A stretch of DNA of 64,000 nt. Source: Octopus bimaculoides (Eukaryota). Where the stretch lies: positions 10,757,663 to 10,821,662 of the forward strand of contig NC_068988.1 in NCBI RefSeq assembly GCF_001194135.2, in the 5' to 3' direction. This document shows positions 62,867-64,000 of the stretch, in pieces. Numbering within the stretch: position 1 is the stretch's first letter; each line of letters opens with the position of its first letter. The notes beneath the pieces are model-generated. The model made no database searches. It had not been told where the DNA came from and saw only the letters and a list, made by a program, of their open reading frames with translations. A program made the position numbers and the translations under genes.

Positions 62867-62908
62867 CCGGCCATGACGAAGGGAAATAACCCTGAAACTT
62901 GATTCGCC
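62867..62908 (+). ncRNA. Relic hammerhead ribozyme related to the 37560 motif
   Basis: GGCC ATGACGA AGGG AAATAA CCCT GAAAC TTGATT CGCC: stem II and GAAAC are intact, C3 is changed to A, and stem III and the cleavage site are decayed. Confidence 0.5.
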
Positions 62909-64000
62909 TTTATATATTTATATATTTGATCCTTTATGTTGAACACTCAATATTTCATCTACATTCAATACTTTATTTCATGGTGCCATCCATTTTTATT
63001 TTATTTTATTTTATATTATATATTTTATATTATATTATACATTGTATATTCCATATTCTATATCCCACATTNNNNNNNNNNTATATATATGGATGGATGA
63101 ATGGATGGATGGATGGATGTGAGGGTGTATGATAGCGCATATTGTATGTATGTATGTACGTATGTGTAAGGCATTATGTATTGCTATCCCTGTAGGTTAC
63201 ACGATATATGTAAATAATCTAGTATCATTCTATGTGCTATTTACATCATTACGCTCACGTCAATCAAAATACAAACCAGACAAAATGTTTAAATTGAAAA
63301 CAATAGATAAAATCACTCTCTTTTCAAAATATAGATTAATTCACTTCTACAAAGATTCACGGAATGTCCATTTGTTGAAATATCTTTGTGTTTCGTAGAA
63401 AGTAAATCTATGTGGAAAACGTTGCATTAGTCTTTCATTTTACTGTCCTTTAATGTAGGTTGCTGTGTAGCATAGTAAATATTTATATCACATAGCCAAT
63501 TACCTTAATGAAATTCTAAATAACAAAACATTTATTTATATGTACTTCTTTAATTTTCTATAATTTGGTGCTTTAGTATTTTCTAATTGATAAATCACGT
63601 ACACTACATATTATATTGTGCAATTTCAGTTCATCTATAAATATAGTGTAAAAATAATTAGTTTCGTTACAGCGCAGTAAGAATACTAAAATTGATTAAA
63701 TATTTTACTGCTTCCTAGTTAGATGGAAATTGTAGACAAACACAAGTGATTCGTACAGAATTCACATTTAAAATTTGGAAATAGCTGAATCGACAGTGTT
63801 GCAGCTGTTGACAGTTCAAACCATGCTAACTGATATTCGCTTCATGAATATGTGTTTTATTATATGTACGCATCTCCTGCAGTTTATGGTTGACGAGTAC
63901 TTTGGCATAATCGGCTGCGTTTTCCAGTCTTCTTCCTTCTAGAGATACACCACTCCCATGCATTAAGATATTCTGGAATAACTAAGATCAATAATACATT

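Overview
This window is AT-rich eukaryotic non-coding DNA from a draft assembly. It has about 18 N-gaps, nearly all abutting (TA)n or other microsatellites. The SINE families and microsatellite load resemble an octopus or other coleoid cephalopod genome; this is inferred from recalled repeat consensus sequences, not from a search. No intact host gene can be supported, and almost all long ORFs in the track are microsatellite or N-gap artefacts. The window is a layered transposon graveyard: about 20 tRNA-derived SINE copies of several families, decayed RTE-type and R4/Dong-type LINE fragments, four or five Tc1/mariner remnants, a MITE candidate, a Helentron-type (HINE-like) candidate, and a Penelope-like element (PLE) GIY-YIG endonuclease fragment. 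The most interesting signal is a cluster of minimal type I hammerhead ribozyme motifs just downstream of the PLE endonuclease (36425-37601). One has a UUGACAA core that can be read as a compensatory U3-A8 variant. It lies in a GC-rich, hairpin-rich unit bounded by a 13-bp direct repeat that spans a roughly 600-nt gap, which suggests a collapsed tandem retrozyme-like array. Further hammerhead relics sit next to (TA)n tracts at 22.6 kb and 62.9 kb. A 49-bp, partly inverted copy of sequence downstream of the PLE sits at 4.1 kb between 14-bp direct repeats. All protein and family assignments are by eye; no database search was run.
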